Shown: positions 60,123-64,000 of the stretch, piece by piece
Layout: each line of letters opens with the position of its first letter
Numbering within the stretch: position 1 is the first letter of the stretch
Assembly (NCBI GenBank): GCA_000708835.1
Contig: DF236950.1
Location: 287,355 to 351,354 of the forward strand
Direction: 5' to 3'
Source: Klebsormidium nitens
Lineage: Eukaryota; Plantae; Klebsormidiophyceae
Length of the DNA stretch: 64,000 nucleotides
Translations under genes and position numbers: made by a program
The notes under the pieces: generated by a model
Told to the model about the DNA's origin: nothing
What the model saw: the letters and a program-made list of their open reading frames with translations, nothing else
Databases searched by the model: none

Positions 60123-63100
60123 ATGGCAGCAGCAGCATTGCACAGACAAGCACCTGAAGCAAGTCTGAGATGGCGATTTGCTTCCGGTTCACATGCCTCT
60201 ATTTCTCAAGCACCTGATGTTGCCACAACTGCCTTCAATGAGTGGTCGTGGTGTGCCACTCCGTCTGCGAGCGCAAGGAATGTTGTTGAGTCGCATGGCT
60301 GGCTGGAAAGAGCTCTGAAACTACAGTTCAAAAACCAGCTGGCTGCTTCTCAGTCACTGGCCCCACAAAGACCACTAGCAGCAGGCCAGGGCAATATGAT
60401 TCTCCGGAAAAGGCAAAGGGTGATTGCCAATGCAGCAGACAGTGGCGCAGTGGAGATGGAAAGCACATCAGATGTTGGTGGGGGTATGCCGATGTCCGAG
60501 AGAACCAGACAGGTTCTTAGCATCGTCAATGAGAGTGTGAGTATGCCTTGTCTTGGGTTCTGACGGTGAGGGACACTCAGGTGTCTAGAGTGATGTTCCC
60601 AGGAATCTGTTTTGTGGTGGTCGACTCAACTGGAAAGAAGACTACAGCAGTGGCATTGTTACATTTGTGGTGGTGGTGTCAAGGTCTTGCCGGCATGGTG
60701 GCAGGAAGTCTCTGAGGATAAAGTGTTGGCCTTCATTGGCATTGCTGCCTGGGAGAAGATTCACGCACTGTATTGTCCTGAACCTGGGCTCTGCTTGATC
60801 GGATATCGTTGGCAGATTGAGTCTAGGCCTGCACTTTTCAGACGATGAATCACTTCGCAGATTCATCTTGAAGATACTTTCATACAACATCTTGTAATAA
60901 ACATCTCTCGCACAATTCTTAACCACTCGCACATTAAGATGCTGCTGCAATTGCAGCTTTCTGCCCCAAGTTGCCCTGAAGGATTCACTAGAATGAAGAG
61001 ACCTTGTTGTCCTCAAAACACGCACTAGCTGGGCGAGCACGCCCTTGGAGATAATCAAGGAGCTCAATAGTAGCCTCTGTTGGCTCATCAGGGCACAATT
61101 TGGCTTCAAAACACATCATTTGCAGTGGTGTCCCCAACTGCTCTGCATTGTTGGGGCTTTCTTTCAGATGGACCCTTGACTTGACCCTTGAATCTCCCCA
61201 TTTCTGGAAGCCTACTCACGACGTTCACTTCTGTTCCATTCATTTGTTAGTTCCTTGGCGTCATAACTCTCAAAAGTGTTTTAGGCAACCCAGGTGGCTC
61301 CTTTATGTCCTGCAGACTAAGTGGGCAGTCTCTGCTGCTGCAGCTGGGTTCCTTCTTTGGAAACACAATGAGCGGGCTGCATGGTGCATCCTGGGGTCCA
61401 TCTTCAACAGCGTTACGGGCAAGATCCTCAAGCGACTGATCAATCAGGTGCGGCATCGCTTCCTGGTTGACCAATGATGCAAGTGTGGTCAAGCAAGCCC
61501 AGAGCATGCTTCTAAAGAGAGACGCGTGACAGGGATAGAACTCGCTTTGATTCTCTCTACATGAAATGACCTGTTGCCACAGGTCAGAAAGCCTGATACC
61601 GCATATGCTTTCTGGAGTCCCCATCCCACATCTTGCGACAATGAGGTTGATTGCTTCTGACCACAAGACATTCACTTGGAATGAGTGCACTGGCTCCAAA
61701 TGCTGGGACACTGGACGTTGGAGAGGCACCAAGTCCAATCGTTCTGAATAGGACTTGAGTCTGCTGAACGGTTGTCTTTGGAATCTCACTTTTCTCGAAA
61801 CATTGCTTTCTGCAGAGCCGGCCTCCATTGTCCAGAAAAGTAGACCCTGGCATGCCTTCCTCACACGCCCTCAGCCTCGCCTACTTTGGGACTTACTCCT
61901 CTCTCACAAGTGAGCTCTCAAACCTTTGCGACTTTACAATCAGAACCGCCCTGTTAGAGACGACTTAGAGCTCGTTCGAAGCCAGTCGGTTCACTGACAC
62001 CCTGTTGTCGTCCATATCCACATGCGCTGAGGCTGGGGTTGCGCTTGGGACGCCTTCACAGGAAGGCCCTTTTATTGATGTTGCTCGGATATGCAACTTG
62101 GACAAGTCGGATCAACCAGCGTTTTCAACGATGTTTGTGCAGAGATTTTCAAAGCACATATACTGGGCATCTCTTGTTGATCACTCGTCTTCTAAGATTC
62201 GCGACTTTCAGCCACGAAAGTTTGCCGTGCTGGAATGTTTCAACCCCGCCATGACCATCGTCTGGCAGATTTGCATCGCGAGCAAGCCGAACTTCACGTT
62301 GTCAAAAAGCTCAATCAGGCTTGTATCATTCTGTAGGTGTCGTATTTCAGCAGAGAGCTCCCCTTCTCAGCCCCCGTTGGCGAAAGGCTTGTCAGGTTCG
62401 GTGACTTACTGCGTGCAGACAAGGGAAAAGGGTCTGACCTGGATTGCAACTAAACATTCTATCGGCCGCCTCTGCAGTTCTTCTATGGCAAGGTCTCAAG
62501 CCTTCCGCTGTGATAGCCGCCATCTGTGCGCAAGCGCTGACCGCCTTCTTCGTAAGTTGAATGTCTGACATGGTTGGCCTTCCAAAGCTCGTAGGGGCAT
62601 CTGTGCAATGGAAAGGACAGGGTCATTCCTGCCAAAGCCGCACCAACCAATCAGTTCATTCATTAAGACCAATACTTGTTCAGTCAGGCGTGCTTTCGAC
62701 TCGTTCCGTTCCTAAGTCTGTACTTCATCATCCAGGTTTTTCTCCATCGCATTCGAGTACTTTTTCGAGGCCTCTCGACCGTAGACGTATCTTGAGTCTC
62801 TTTTCGATCCTTTCCGCAACCAACGGATTTTCCTGCTGCCTTCAACCCAATTTGTTCGAGCACAGTCGCCCGCTTGATTGTGCGTACTGTCCACATACTT
62901 GCATCGTCGGAACGTGAATCCTTTTGACAATGTTATGTGCTCTGCAGGCATGGTTACGGATTGCGCTTGGGTACCACACGCCCGCCCAAGTATTGGTAGG
63001 ATGTGCTGTAGGCAACGTGGTCGCCATCAGCTGGTTAGCGATTGGCGAACGCAAGGTTCTCCCAGCCATCGCTTCTCCGGATGGCGCTCTCCTTCGGGTT

Positions 63101-63202
63101 GCTCTATTTCTTTCCACCACGCTACTTGTTGTAGCGTTTGTAGCCTATGCATTGCGAAAATGGACGCAAGACTTGCCTTTCTTTGACCGATGGCGGCGCT
63201 AG
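60123..63202 (+). CDS. LPPE: PAP2-family lipid phosphate phosphatase epsilon-like, probably chloroplastic
   Basis: Exons 60123-60536, 61316-61447, 61816-61909, 62478-62551, 62948-63202 are phase-compatible. PAP2 motifs are C1 KRLINQSRP (K-x6-RP), C2 DPGMPSSHA and C3 WLRIALGYHTPAQV. TKWAVS after the long Ala/Ser-rich transit region is typical of plant LPP-epsilon. Confidence 0.9.
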
Positions 63203-64000
63203 GATTTGCATCGTCTGTTTATTGTTCTGTAATTGTTTCATTTCACTGGGTTGATCGAAAAAGCTACCAGACGTATCCAGATTGGATTGTGTGCATTGAG
63301 TGCAGTACTCGATTCTAGGCGCCTGCGCATTCGACACTGCCAGTTCAAGCTGCATTTGTCGGCGCGGCAGATTGATTGGTCTCGTACTGAGGTGCCTGTG
63401 ACTTTCCTATAGATAGTCGTATCATTGAATCAGTTCGTAAGTCGACAGCAGCAGGCGGCAGGGCGGCTCAGTACTTATTCGCCATCTCTGTAGATGAGTA
63501 TGTTATCAAACGTCCTGGCAGAGGCCCGCTAGGCGGCTAGGAATTCTCAATCTGGTTCCACTGTGCTTACATACAACCATTCTGAAGTCCGGCGCGCTGT
63601 TAGTGTTGACCATTGTCCGGCAAAGCACATATTTGTGCCCACAATCGAGACCACTTTATCCAGCAGATTATTCAGGGCCCTACTACTAGTGTTTAGTAGT
63701 GCCAAAATTTTGGTATGGCCGCGGGCGGCCCTGTGACACACGGGCCGGTCGCAGCCGCATCGTGCCGCCGTAGAACATTGTACCAATCAGCCTTCAAGCT
63801 AGCAATATATGCCGAATCAAGCCGTGATGACATATGTACTGAGGCCCCTAGCTCAATCGAGACGCGACCAGTCATGAGACGTGTGTATACTTCAATATCA
63901 TACGTATGTAACTAGCAGTCGCGGATCAAGTGCGCACTGCCATGGCAACTAATCAGATGTTTCCGTAATTTGGGTACGGTAACATGAGCGGCCCATGGTC

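Noticed and set aside
21559-63202. A lipid/sterol gene cluster (UGT80, LDLa protein, LPP-epsilon)
   Set aside because: The genes are separated by unrelated loci, act in different predicted compartments and share no pathway evidence; adjacency is most likely incidental.

Overview
Intron-rich eukaryotic nuclear DNA with plant-type genes, roughly 300-600 nt GT-AG introns and GC-rich third codon positions. The most likely source is a streptophyte green alga such as Klebsormidium (inference from gene content and style, not checked by search). Nine spliced genes were reconstructed by hand. In order: (1) a ~25-exon Argonaute with an intact D-E-D-H slicer tetrad (-, 830-11954); (2) a HAD/cN-II-type 5'-nucleotidase (-, 13796-20559); (3) a UGT80-type sterol 3-beta-glucosyltransferase (+, 21559-28812), interrupted by a probably spurious N gap; (4) a 390-aa secreted protein with three LDL-receptor class A repeats and two copies of an unrecognised 6-Cys module (+, 30120-34941); (5) a ~2000-aa coiled-coil protein (-, 36586-48549); (6,7) a tandem pair of secreted Cys-rich-domain + (Ser-Tyr-Ser-Pro-Pro)n extensin-like proteins (+, 50453-52838 and 54956-57121), the second carrying a CAT acceptor and five poly-C deletions; (8) an orphan CxxC..CxxC/coiled-coil ORF (-, 58616-59326); (9) a plastid-type lipid phosphate phosphatase epsilon (+, 60123-63202). 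The most interesting signals are the LDLa/6-Cys secreted protein, a perfect 13-bp hairpin burying the last 5' splice site of the Argonaute, and an NRRLL processing motif shared by all three secreted proteins. No tRNA, rRNA, CRISPR array or intact transposon was found.
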